A stretch of 64,000 bases of DNA from Malacoraja senta (GCA_038087875.1 CM075990.1:12586001-12650000), one strand, 5' to 3'. Numbered from the stretch's first letter, positions 38,309 through 50,874 are shown. The notes: generated by a model not told the origin, from the sequence alone. Program-made: numbers and translations.

Positions 38309-40471
38309 ATTTTATTAGAAGTACATTACATTACAACCACATACATTAGTACTTGTCATTTATATCTTCTTACAATTAATGTACTCCATTTATTTTTTAC
38401 ACTAGAAAAGGAAAAGATTGAAAGAAAGAAGAAAGTGAAGGAAAAAGTGAAAGTGTAGGAAATGTGACAACAAAAAAGGACGAAGACCCTATAAGAGCAA
38501 AATTAAAAACAAAAGAAAAAGAGTTAAGAAATAGACCCTAGGAAAGAAAGAGAGAGAGAAAGAGGAAAAAGAGAGAAACAAATATTTTTATGAGCATTAC
38601 GTAAATGGGACATACCAACTCTTCAACTATCATCCCCCCTTACCTGACCTCAATTTTTTTTTAAGTACTTTAAGGTGGGAAGTTTAATATAAATAAAAGA
38701 GTGTATGTCTCAGTTACATAAATTCCTAAATATTTAAATTTTTCCTTAACTATTTTAAAAGGAAATTGTTGTAGTGTACGTAAGTTGAGTTCCGTTATTG
38801 GCATGATTTCGTTTTTATTCCAATTAATTCTATATCCCGAAAACTGACCAAATTGAGTTATTAAATTTAATAGGTTTGGAATGCTAGTTTCTGGCTTTGT
38901 AATATATATTAATACATCATCTGCATATAAAGAGATTTTATTCATTGTGTCTTTAGTATTATACCCGTATATTTCTGGGTGGGCTCTAACACTTTCTGCT
39001 AATGGTTCAATTGCAAGAGCGAATAATAATGGGGATAGCGGGCATCCTTGTCTACAACCTCTAGAAAGGTTGAATTTAGTTGATGACATTTGGTTTGTTA
39101 ATATTCTAGCTGTTGGGTTAGAATATCAAAGTTTAACCCATGTGCAGTACTTCTCTCCCAATTGAAATTTTCCCATCACCGAAAATAATTATGACCATTC
39201 TACCTGATCAAATGCTTTTTTCAGCATCTAACGAAAAAATTGCTAGATCTGCATTAGCTATTCTATTTGAGTATATAATATGGAATAGTCGTCTCAGATT
39301 ATAAAATGAGTAACGTGTTGGAATAAAACCTGTTTGGTCGGGGTTAAACTCAACTCAATCTATGAGATAGGAGTTTAGTTAATATTTTCTGATCAGTATT
39401 TAAGAGAGCTATTGCTCTATATGAACCTGGGTCTTCAAGATCCTTATCAGTTTTTGGTATAAGTGTTATTGTAGATTCATTTAAAGTTTCTGGGAGTTTC
39501 TGTTGAGTATAAGCATATTTATACAGTGTCTGTAAACGTGGGGAGATCAGATCATAATTTTTTTTATTTTTAAAATAAAATTCGGAGCTTAGGCCGTCAG
39601 GACCTGCGGCCTTTCCGTTTTTTAAAGATCTAATTGACTCTTCGATATCTTTTACCGTTATTTCAGCCCCTAGTAATTCTCTCTCATTCAGATCTAAGCC
39701 CGTAAGATTACATTTTTGTAAAAATGCTTCCATTCCTGCTGATTGTTCTGTCACTTTAGTTGAGTAAAGTTTTTGATAGTACAGTAAAAATCTGTCATTG
39801 ATATGTTTGGGCAGTGTTAATATTTCTCCATTGTCTGATCTAATTTTATAAATTGTTTTTTCCCCATCCAGTTTACGAAGTTGACGTAGTAATAGTTTTT
39901 GTGGTTCATCACCAAATTCAAAATGTAATTGTTTTGTATGTTGATAAAGTTTTATAGCTTGGTCTGACTATATTTTATTTAACTTGTATTTCAGTGCTGC
40001 AATTTTATTATGTTTTGCCATAGAAGGTGCTACTGCGTTTTCTATGTCTAATTGCCTTATTTCCGTTTCCAATGTCCGTTGTTTAGCCCTACTCTCTTTA
40101 TTAAGAAATGCCTGGGAGGAAATTAATGCTCCTCGTACAAATGCTTTAAATGTTTCCCAAAGAAGGGAAGCAGAAATTTCAGGGCGGTCATTAGCCTCAA
40201 AAAACATATTAATCTGTTTTACAAGGTATTCATGACATACCTTTCATTTAATATTTGGGGGGTTAAGTCTCCATTGTGTCTGTTTCTCGGCCATTCCATT
40301 TAGTTTAATCATAAATGTTAGTGGAGCATGGTCCGAGATTGTAATATTATGATATTGCGAGTTGTAGGTAAATGAAATAAGTTTAGAGTCCACCAAGAAA
40401 TAGTCTATCCTTGAGTACGTTTTATGCACCGGTGAATAAAATGAATATTCTCGTCCGGTTGGATTTTCAAT
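36544..40471 (-). mobile_element. L1-clade LINE, degenerate ORF2
   Basis: ORF pieces HKTYSRIDYF, AAGPDGL, RQGCPLSPLLF, YADD, MPNFLFYFWA; poly-T at 36544. Confidence 0.9.
38267..38671 (-). mobile_element. Nested L1 3'-UTR fragment with long poly(A)
   Basis: Poly-T run at 38264-38300; 14-bp TSD AAGGTGGGAAGTTT at 38253-38266 and 38672-38685. Confidence 0.75.
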
Positions 40472-40682
40472 TCTGAAGTGTGGATGGCCGTTGGCTCGCT
40501 AGGAGCTCATCCGCCCTTTGTCAGGTCTTGTTTTTGGTCCTGCTGGGGGTCCACAGCCCCCTCCTCCCCTGGCAAACCAGGTGGGGGAGACGGTTTAGTC
40601 GCCGACTATCCGACCATGGAGCAGGTAGCACGGGATTACATGGCAATGTAATAATGTAAATAAGCATTTTCTCCTGTCGTAG

Positions 40683-40863
40683 GTGATCGTCAATGTGAAT
40701 GATATCAATGATGTGGTCCCGAGGTTTCTTCGTCCTTACGAGGGACCATTCGATATCACCGAGGGTCAGCCAGGGCCGAGAGTGTGGACATTGCTGGCAG
40801 AAGATGAAGACTCAGGCCCCAATGGCCAAGTGGAATACAGCATCATCGCAGGCGACCCCCTGA
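40683..40863 (+). CDS. CDH23: Cadherin-23 exon (181 nt; VIVNVNDINDVVPRF...YEGPFDITEGQPGPRVW...GDPL)
   Basis: tcgtag|GTG, CTGA|gtaagc, ends in phase 1; TEGQPGPRVWT is diagnostic. Confidence 0.96.
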
Positions 40864-41895
40864 GTAAGCTTACGCACATCGACAGATAAAGCTGGAGTAA
40901 CTCAGCAGGACAGGCAGCATCTCTGAAGAGAAGGATTGGGTGATGTTTCGAGTCGAGACCCTTCTTCATTCTGAAAATCTCGGACTGAGAAACCTGTATA
41001 ACGCTTTTTCAGACTGAAGAAGGGTTTCGACCCATTCCTTCTCTCCAGAGATGCTGCCTGTCCCGCTGAGTTACTCCAGCATTTAGAAACATAGAAACAT
41101 AGAAAATAGGTGCAGGTGTAGGCCATTCAGCCCTTCGAGCCTGCGCCACCATTCAATATGATCATGGCTGATCATCCAACTCAGTATCTGTGTCTATCTT
41201 CGGTTTAAACCAGCATCTGCAGTTCCTTCCTGCACATAAGTTCCTGCACAATCAGATGTGCAATGGGTAAAATGTGGGGACTAATCCATGATCCATACCT
41301 TGTGTAAAAACAACAATGGTTTCAATATAAAATCTTCAGCTTTCGTCTCCAGATTGCAAAGTGGTTCCCGCAAATAGCATGACTGTCCTTTAAGGGGAAG
41401 CTAGCTCAGTGTGTGAGGGAGAAACAAGGGAGGGGTTTGCTGAAAGAATGATCTGAAGCAAGCAGACCAACTACTCTGTCACAATAGGAGTGAGGGAATT
41501 CTGTCAGCAACATGGTTCAGAGATTTAGATCCTTTTCAAACTCCGAATTTCTTTTAAGTTTAAGCAGATGCTTCAGAGATAACTTCCACCAATGTGACGT
41601 ACATGTAAATGCAAGCTGAATCTGTTCACCAAATTCAATTAAAACATTTGGTTTGTTATTATTGGCATGTGTAATGTGATACAGTCAAAAAACTTTGCTT
41701 TCCAGCTATCCAAGCAAGTCATACCATCTACATTAATGTAGTGCAAGATAGGAAATGAAACGGAATGCAGTATAAGGTGTTAGAGGTTTTTTTTAATGGA
41801 GATAAAGTAGATATAACGGCCATGACGAGGTAGATTGGGAGATCAGGAATTCATCCTCAGCTTAAGAAAGGTCCGTCCAAGATTCTGATAATAGT

Positions 41896-42044
41896 TTGTT
41901 CGCTCGTGTGTCAGACGATGTAGCTCGCTGTTGGCTTCTGTCCTCGTCCAACACGTTGACAGAATTGTCGCCCGACACGTCACAGAGTGCATCGCGTCGT
42001 CGCTTCCAGGGATCGCCACGAGGAGGCTTCTGTCATGATCCCCG
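41896..42044 (-). mobile_element. ~150-nt CpG-rich retroposed element headed by an HDV-like ribozyme
   Basis: 11-bp near-perfect TSD CTGATAA(T/G)AGT at 41885-41895 and 42045-42055, interrupting a Rex-like LINE fragment. Confidence 0.7.
41957..42043 (-). ncRNA. HDV-like self-cleaving ribozyme (predicted)
   Basis: P1 GGGGATC/GATCCCT with G1.U wobble; P2 TGACAGAA/TTCTGTCA; P3 GCC/GGC; L3 TCCTCGT; P1.1 CC/GG; P4 CGAC..GTCG; J4/2 GGCGACAA. Confidence 0.8.
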
Positions 42045-43128
42045 CTGATAAGAGTGAGAACGAATTTGCTTTCAAGCTTTTGTATCTTCTACCCGATGGG
42101 ACAGGGGAAAAGAGAGAATGACCGGTGTATGAGCGATTCGTCATTATGTTCGCCACTTTCGCAAGGCAGGTTGAGGTTATAGAGGGTGTTGGAGAGGTAG
42201 AAGCTAGCTTGTTTGATGAACTGAGCTGTAACACACTTGCAACCTTGAGCAGAACAGTTACCATTCCAAGCTGTGACCATAGGCATCTGTGATGGTAGTG
42301 TCGCAGTGTCCAAGGGACTTTGAGTCTTTGGTTGGAGAGGAGTCTTTGGTTGGAGAGGAGAGGTGTTGATGGTATTTTGGTAGCACACTCTTGAAGTTGG
42401 CCTGGTTGAAGTTCCCGGCTGTGATGACCAAGGCATCAGGGCTATTAGTAGTGGTACATAGTTCATCCAGTCCACATGGGGTGGGATGTACACTGCAGTT
42501 AAACAAACTCTCTCAGAGTGTGTACATCCCACAATCAGTATCACTAAGTTAGTTCAGCCCACCATTATCAAACTCTTGTGAGAGTTTGCTTGTGTAAACT
42601 GGATGCTGTGGTCCCGACACTACAATCTGACTGCACTATTGTCACTTCTGCGGTAAAGTGCTTTGGGATGACCAGATGCACAGAAAGCTTCTATGAAAGT
42701 TTCTTCTGTCATATAAACATAGAAACATAGAAAATAGGTGCAGGAGTAGGCCATTCGGCCCTTCGAGCCAGCACCGCCATTCAATACGATCGTGGCTGAT
42801 CATCCAAAATCAGTGCCCCCTTCCTGCTTTCTCCCCATATCCCTTGATTCCGTTAGCCCTCAGACCTATACCCAACTCTCTCTTGAATACATCATGCAAA
42901 TGAAGAATGTAAATGCAGGAGATCATGAATGAGGAGACAAGGCAGGATTTACAATTTTACAATTTGCAAAATAGTGCAAAATGTAAGAAAGAATTATGAT
43001 AAGTAAGTTGTCCATCAGTGGGTAACCCGCAGGAACTTCATGCATGGTTTATTTTGCATGTACTGAGGATTATGTAAGGGGAACAGAGATGGTTTTAGTT
43101 ACTAAAATTCCCATTGCTTGAACTTCAG

Positions 43129-43262
43129 ATGAGTTCATCATCTCTCCAGTGGAAGGGGAGCTGCGTGTGAGAAGAGACGCAGAGTTAGATCGGGAGAGTG
43201 TGGCGTTTTATAACATAACCATCATGGGCAAGGACAGAGGAACGCCACCGCTCAGCAGTACG
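43129..43262 (+). CDS. CDH23: Cadherin-23 exon (134 nt; EFIISPVEGELRVRRDAELDRESVAFYNITIMGKDRGTPPLSST)
   Basis: ttcag|AT, ACG|gtcagt; phase matches the previous exon; LDRE motif. Confidence 0.95.
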
Positions 43263-43430
43263 GTCAGTCAGCACGTTTCTGCTCTCATCTCCTTGTGTTG
43301 ATCAATGTACAAAATATTCCGTCTTAGTCACCATCTTAGTCACTTCCGGACATTGACATGAACTTTGGGCACTCATTGCTGTCAGGCAGTGGCCTGGATT
43401 GTCATGAATACTGCGCATTTCTTTCTTAAC

Positions 43431-43741
43431 GCGGCACGGTGGCGCAGCGGTAGAGTTGCTGCCTTACAGTGCCAGCAGACCTGAGTTCGATCCCGACTAC
43501 GGGTGCTGCCTGTACGGAGTTTATACCTTCTCCCCATGACCTGCGTGGGTTTTCTCCGAGATCTTAGCTATCCGCCCACATTCCAAAGGCGAACAGGTTT
43601 GTAGGTTAATTGGCTTAGCATGTATAAATTGTTCCTAGTGTGTGGAGGAGAGTGTTAATGTGCAGTGATCGCTGGTCGGTGCGGACTCAGTGGGCTGAAG
43701 TGCCTGTCTCCACGCTGTATCTCTAAACTAAACTAAACTAA
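43431..43741 (+). mobile_element. tRNA-derived HE1/V-SINE-like SINE, full length
   Basis: GGTGGCGCAGCGG A box, AGTTCGATCC B box, (CTAAA)n tail. Confidence 0.82.
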
Positions 43742-44365
43742 TGTCCTCATCCCATTATGTAAGATGTCGAAGGACTCTCTCCTCACATTCATCTTAATAT
43801 CTTTTTCTATTTTCCTTTAATTTCATTCTCTCTTCTCTTTTCCCTTTTTTCTTCTCTTTTATTGTTTACCATCTTCGCCCCATTTTTAATCAGATTTTCT
43901 TCCTGTCTTTATTCTTTCTTTTCTTTTTTTCTTTCCCTGCACTCTTTCCGAATCTCTTCTATCCTTGCCCAATGGTGCAGTAGTTGAACTGCGGCCTCAC
44001 AGAGCCAGAGGCCCCGGTTCGATCCTAACCTCGGGTGCTGTGTGTGGAGATTGTGTGTTCTCCCTGTGACCACGTAGGCTTTTTCTGGGTACTCCCATTT
44101 CCTCCTACATCTCAAAGACGTGCGGGAATTGTAGGTTAAATGCTTTTTGTAAATCGCTCCATGTGCACGGGGCGGGTGTGAAAGTGGGATAAAAAATAGA
44201 ACTAGTATGAACAGGTGATCGATGGTCAGCATGGACCCAGTGGGCCGAAGGGCCTGTTTTCATTCTGCATCTTTCAATCAATCATCGGTCAGTCCACGGA
44301 TAAATGACTTTGTTGTGTATTACATTTTTTTCACTGATTCTGCTCTTTGGTTGTGTCCCACGTAG

Positions 44366-44575
44366 GTACTGGTTGGAGTCCGTGTCCTGGATGTTAACGA
44401 TAATGACCCCGTGCTCCAGAACATTCCACGGAACTGCACCATCAGTGAAAACACTGCTGCGTCCACAAGTGTAGCCAGGGTGCAAGCCACCGATATTGAC
44501 AGTGGCCGCAATGCCCTCCTCACCTTTCACATCTCTGCTGGAAACATCGATAACACCTTTTTTATCAATGAAACA
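44366..44575 (+). CDS. CDH23: Cadherin-23 exon (210 nt; VLVGVRVLDVNDNDPVLQNIP...FFINET)
   Basis: cgtag|GTA, ACA|gttaag; DVNDN motif; in frame with its neighbours. Confidence 0.92.
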
Positions 44576-46148
44576 GTTAAGTAAATTATTGCTGTGGATA
44601 TCGCATAGAGTCATGCAGCGCGGAAACAGGCCCTTCAGCCCAACTTGCCCACATCAACCAACATGTCCCATCTACACTAGTCCCACCTGCCCGCGTTTGG
44701 CCCATATCCCACGAAACCTGTCCTATCCATGCACCTGTCTCATTGCTGCTAAATGTTGCAATAGTCCCTGCCTCAACTACCACCTCTGGCAGCTCGTTCC
44801 ATACACCCACCACCCTTTGTGTGAAAATGTTACCCCTCAGATTCCTGTAAAATCTTTTCCACCCTCACCTTAAACCTACGTCCTCTGGTTCCCGATTCCG
44901 AATCAGAATCAGAATCACACTTTATTCGCCAAGTATGTTTCGCAACAAACGAGGAATTTCATTTGCCAGGTCAGTCATACAATTAAAAGCAACAAAAACA
45001 CATCTTAACGTGAACATCCACCACAGTGACTCCAACACATTCCTCACTGTGATGGAAGGCGAAATAAAGTTCAAGTCACTTCCCTTAGTTCTTCCTCGGT
45101 CGTGGGCCTCGAGCCCCCGTTGACGGGATGATCTTGACTCCCGTAGCAGGCGGTGTTTTGGCCCTCCCCCACTCAGGGCAACTCTGTGCATCTACCCGAT
45201 CTATTCCTCTCATGATTTTATACACCGTCCAACTGATCTACTCCTCTGGTGATTTTACACACTATTTTTCTCATGATTTTTTACACTGTATATATACTGA
45301 ATTATATTGCATGATTTATATTAACAGTTAAAACACACACACGCTTCTCGTTCACCACTCACTTGCTGATCTGGTTAATCAGCGTTAGTTTCTGGTCCAA
45401 AGTGGCACAGCTCCGTGATCAAATCCCTCCTGGTGCCACCAGCCAAGCGGCATCTTCCATTGCTCCAGTCATGGCCCGATTGTTCTTGGGCCATGCTACT
45501 GGCTCCATTCTCGTCACCCAGTGCCCTCTCCCCACGGGAACTTCCCACAGTTCCAGGTATTTTGCCGTAGCCCAGTGCTGTGCAAAGATCTGTCCAAGGG
45601 TCGGCATCTGACTACACCCACACAACTACTCTGTCACAGTGATGCTCCTGCTCCCAGCCTCACCTTTTCAATTCTTCACGTCAGGCAGCATCTGTAGTCA
45701 GAAGCTGTGGTTAATGGCCTTTTTTCATGACCTGTTCAACCTCAGTTTCCTTTCAGAACTGCTCTCTGATGAACAGTGATGATAGACACAAAATGCTGGA
45801 GTAACTCAGCGGGACAGGCTGCATCTCTGGATAGAAGGAATGGGTGACCCTTCTAAAGAAGTGTCTCGACCCGAAACGTCACCCATTCCTTCTAACCAGA
45901 GATGCTGCCTGTCCCGCCGAGTTACTCCAGCATTTTGTGTCTATCTACGGTGTAAACTAGCATCTGCAGTTCCTTCCTGCACTCTGATGAACAGTCTCTG
46001 ATCTAAAACATCAACTCTGCGTCTCTCGATATATAGATGCCACCTTGCACTGTTGAGCATTCCTATAATGGCATCCGCCACAGTATGTTGCTCTTGGCTA
46101 GTTTTGTTTCTTCACTCGTCTGACTAGCTCCTGTGACTAACCTTTCAG

Positions 46149-46256
46149 ATCGGTGTCATCTACGTCAACCGACCCCTGGATCGGGAGCAGACCGCTGAGT
46201 ATCGACTCACAATCACCGTGAACGACAGCCCAGAAAACCCAAGACATGCCCGAAGA
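46149..46256 (+). CDS. CDH23: Cadherin-23 exon (108 nt; IGVIYVNRPLDREQTAEYRLTITVNDSPENPRHARR)
   Basis: tttcag|ATC, AGA|gtaatt; PENPR..RR is diagnostic. Confidence 0.95.
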
Positions 46257-48273
46257 GTAATTATGATAAACATTATTCATATGTTGTCCAAAAGTCTGTA
46301 ATATGCTCTTCCCATTTAGAAGTACATCAAAGATGCTACGTACCTTCATCACAATGATAGACTTATTTATTCATAATGTGTACATGGAATCTTGCAATGA
46401 TACAACACAGGCAGAGGTTTCAAATTAGTTCTCATTCTCAATGGTCTCTCCATGTCCTTGTAAATATTTGTCCATCATGCATTTGTCGAACTTCCTTGTG
46501 ACTGTTATTGTTGAGTCTAGCTTGCCTGCACAATCCGTCAGCAGGTCCCACACCACAACTTGCTCAGTGAAAAGAAAATCACTTCATCAGCCTATTTTGC
46601 CTGAAACAGTACCAAGGATTCGAGGATACGACTTGATGAAGAGCTAGAAATATATTCAGAAGGAAGTGAAAGTCTAAGGTAGTTGCAGAGTTTTGGAAAT
46701 GGAGTTAATGAACGATGACTTCCATTTATCAGGTACCAGAAATACATTTGGATTTTCGTACCAGCTGTTCCAAGGTGTGAACAGAGTAGAAATGTTTTTG
46801 AGGTGGACTTCTTAGAGTTGGTAGCTCAAGATTTGAAGGGTAATAAAACCTCAGTGCATAGATTGAATTAAAATGCTGATCAATGGTGGTACAATTGAAT
46901 GGCAGAACATCCCCAAGTGGCAGAGAGTTCATGTGTAGGAAAGAACTGCAGGTGCTGGTTTAAAACGAAGGTAGACACAAAATGCTGGAGCAATTCAGCG
47001 GGACAGGCAGCGTCTGGATAGAGTCTGAAGAAGGGTCTCGACCTAAAAAGTCACCCATTCCTTCTACCCAGAGTTGCTGCCTGTCCCGCTGAGTTACTCC
47101 AGTATTTTGTGTCTGTCTTTGGCAGAGAGATCACCTCAGCTGGGACTTTACGAGAGCGTTTCAAATTGTGATCACATTGTGTTTCACTCAGACTTTACAT
47201 GGTATAGTGGCACAGCTGGCCGAGTTTCTGCCTCACAGCCCGTAACCAGGATTCAATCCTGACCTCCGCTGTTGTCTGTGTGGAGTTTGCTGGTTCTCCC
47301 TTTGAGTTTTGCCAGATGCTCTCATGGACATGGCATGGACCCATTAGTCTGTGTTGTCTCCAGTGCCCTGAGGTAATATACAATAAAATCAACGGGGTAT
47401 TACTCTTTTAAACTTGTTCCAGTAAATTTACTTGGAGTCATTTAATTTTGAATGGTTGTTTTTGCAAATATTTCTGAGTTTGGGAACGGCTCCTGTGTTG
47501 TAATGAAATGGACGTGTATGAGTCTGCAATACACGTGGACGACAGTGGCTCATGAAGGCAGTAGATAAGTAGAAACATAGAAAATAGGTGCAGGAGTAGG
47601 CCATTCAGCCCTTCGAGCCAGCACCGCCATTCAATATGATCATGGCCGATCATCCAAAATCAGTACCCCATTCCTGCTTTCTCCCAATATCCCTTGATTC
47701 CATTAGCCCTAAGAGCTATATCCAACTCTCTCTTGAATACATCCAGTGAATTGGCCTCCACTGCCTTCTGTGGCAGAGAATTCCACAGATTCACAACTCT
47801 CTGGGTGAAAAGGTTTTTCCTCATCTCAGTCCTAAATGGACTACCCCTTATTCTTAATATAGATAAATGGACAGATAGATAGATGGAGAGGTAGGTAGAT
47901 AGAGACGTAGGTAGGTAAATAGATGAGTAGACAGAACGATGTGGACAGACTAACAGACAAGTAAAATAGATAGATAAGTAGCATAGATACATTTTAAAAG
48001 GTGTGTGAATGGGTGATTGATGGTCAGCATGGACTCGATGGGCCAAAGGGCTTGTTTCCATGCTATATCTTTCAATCAATTCTATCAATCCATCAAACAA
48101 TAGGGTGCGTGCAAGAGGATGTTTTCCCAGGCTGAACCATCTACAAACTATGATCACTATGTCAGAATAAGGGAGTCAATATGGGTCAAGTAGAATTGAA
48201 CTAAGGATACATTTCTTCACTCAGAGGCTGCAGAATTTTTAAAATTCTGTAACTAGTGCACTATGGAATCTCA

Positions 48274-48429
48274 AGGGCCTGTCCCACATGGGCGTCATTT
48301 TGTGAATCCCCAAATCCTGGGGCGCCGCGCGTCGATGCCTACGTCACCACGCACCACGCACCATGCGCGCGTAATGCACGACATGTGCGCGTCATGACGC
48401 GTAAATTACGCCCAAGTGGGACAGGCCCT
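48274..48429. mobile_element. PIF/Harbinger-type MITE (short, CpG-rich)
   Basis: TIR AGGGCCTGTCCCACATGGGCGT / ACGCCCAAGTGGGACAGGCCCT; flanks TCA / TAA. Confidence 0.8.
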
Positions 48430-49211
48430 TAAGTCATTACGTTCACTCAGGCGAATCAAAAGATATGGCAACAGTGACAAAAAATAAGCCATGGTGTTGA
48501 ATGGCAGCACATAGATATGCAGGGAATAGAAGGATTTGTATTATGTGCAGGCAAACAAGAGCTGGTCTTGGAATCATGTTCGGCACAGACATTGTGGGGC
48601 GAAGGGCCTGATCATATGCTGTACTGTTCCATGACAGAACAGGCACAAAAGGCCTGGTGGCCATCTTATCTTAACTTCCACGTTCTTACCAACGTGATAA
48701 TGACCATACCTGCTGTTCCAGCAATGTTTAATGAGGGATAAATACTGGCCATCTTTGTTTCCCTCTCAACTGGCCCAACAAACCATTCACTTCAAGGTTA
48801 TAAATGCTGGCCTTGCTGACAACACCCTCATCCCACGAAGGAATGAATGTTCCTTCAAATGTCCATCTTTGGGAGTCCGGATTTTTGATGCTTTTTGATT
48901 ATGTTCCCCCCTTAACAAAAGCGGCGTTTTTCACCTCACCTGGACCTCCAACTATAAACCTACTTCTCGCCCAGACCTCGTTTACAGTCTTCTCGTGTGT
49001 GCAACTATTCGGAGATGGAGCTAATTTAGAGATGCAGAGGACTTTAGGATGGAAATGCCAGGGCAATCGGAAGACGTGGGCACAAATGTGCCCCATCTAA
49101 TATAAAAGTCCAATGAATGTGTTATAAAGCCATCCTTTCAACCAAATCTGAGGAGATTGCGTTCCTTATGATGAAGTGTGTGTGCTCAGAGTGTTGTCTC
49201 TGTCTTACCAG

Positions 49212-49314
49212 GATTCCGATTTGCTGATGATCACCATCTCAGATGAAAATGATAACAGACCCGTATTCACCCAAACTTCCTACCAAGCTGAAATTACTGA
49301 GAATCCAGAAGCAG
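49212..49314 (+). CDS. CDH23: Cadherin-23 exon (103 nt; DSDLLMITISDENDNRPVFTQTSYQAEITENPEA)
   Basis: taccag|GAT, G|gtaagt. Confidence 0.95.
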
Positions 49315-50748
49315 GTAAGTCTTTAGTTTTTTTTTAAACGGACTAAACATTCAATATTCAACTCTTCTCACACGGCAACTTTGCCAAGCACCAACTTGCA
49401 TCGTGTTGCACCTTAAGACCACCGGTGTAATGGGGGGGAAAGGCGGCCACTTTGCAAGATTTTCATTGTCACCATGTTTACAGGACTCTTGTCAGCAAGT
49501 TCATATGTCAGTTACGTGAACTCAGTGGGCCAAAGGGCATGTTTCCACCCTGTATCTCTAAAAACTCAAAAAATACTAGTACAATGTTATTTGAGGTTTT
49601 AATATTGGCTACAGAATATTACAGATCATCCCAAGTACTACTTAACATGGCACCTCATCTGAAAGACTTCACCCAGCACTGCAGCCAAAGAACGTGTTGA
49701 AACATAGGAGACAATTGTTTTTTTCCTTTAGTCTGCCTCCATCTATCATCTGCCTGCTTTGAACTCCTTATCCGCCCCCCTCGCTCTACCCTGCCTGACT
49801 CCTTCAGTCTGTTTTCGTTCACCCCTCCACGATGCATCAATCACCTCTGGCCCCTGCGTGACCACTCCCCCTATCCTCTGTACTACCAATCTCCTCTCTC
49901 CGCTCTCAGTCCCAACGCAGGGTTTTGGCCTGAAGCATCGACAATTCTGTTACCCCCACAGATGCTACTCGGCCAGCTGAGTTCCCCCAGCAATTTGTCT
50001 CCTGTATTGAAACATTGATTGATTCCTCAAATCAAGCCGTTTGTCACCACTGGTATCTTGGTATGATTTTGAAGAGCAGCAGAGTTCTCTCCAGTGCGAG
50101 TCTCCCAGCTGCATTAAAGTACATGCACTCCCTCAGAGCTAAACATATAGTAGCCAAGCATTTTGACCCTCCACCCTCCTGACTGAGAGACAGTAATGCT
50201 CCTCAAAAAGTTATGGGATCTTAAAATGTATGAAGGAACTGCAGATGCTTTGGTTTACACCAAAATGTTGCAGTAACTCAGCGGAACAGGCAGCATCACT
50301 GGAGAGAAGTAATGGGTGACGTTTCAGGTCTGAAGAAGGTTCTCGACCTGAAACGTCACCCATTCCTTCTCTCCAGAGATGCCGCCTGTCCCACTGAGTG
50401 ACTACAGCATTTTGTGTCTATCTGTGGGATCATAATAGTTAGTTTAGTTTCTTGTCATATTGAATAATACTCTGCCCCTGTAAGGAAGCCAAGGAACCTG
50501 ATAAATTTAAGCCAACTGTAAGAAATTACAGTTCACCCTTTATAGGAGCTTTTTCTGGCAGGGCATTGCTTCATCATTTTCTTGCTTCCAACAGTGAATA
50601 CCTGGTACAATTAATAACTGCTTTGGTTCAGAAATTACACGTCTTTTGTTCCTCAAGAACATGGTTCGCGGATACTTTCATTATTCGTGCAGAAGTCACG
50701 GAGTGAAGGAATTTGACTGAAACCAAGACCTCGTTGTCTACATTGCAG

Positions 50749-50874
50749 GTGCACCAATCACCCTGATGAATGGGCCCATTCTAGCCTTCGACCGTGACGA
50801 AGGGCCAAACGCCATGGTTAGTTACCAGCTGCTGGGGAACAGGTCCGACTTCTTCACTGTCGACAGGAACACAG
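50749..50874 (+). CDS. CDH23: Cadherin-23 exon (126 nt; APITLMNGPILAFDRDEGPNAMVSYQLLGNRSDFFTVDRNT)
   Basis: ttgcag|GT, G|gtgagt; NGPILA matches CDH23. Confidence 0.95.

Larger units (their letters stand above)
36352..40643 (-). mobile_element. Non-tRNA SINE-like element (36352-36543 plus 40472-40643) split by an L1
   Basis: The two halves join into the reverse complement of the intact copy at 55045-55433. Confidence 0.8.

Noticed and set aside
40482-40516. Hammerhead-like CGGATGA-GCTC...GAGC-CAAC on the - strand
   Set aside because: The essential GAAA is replaced by CAAC and there is no stem III
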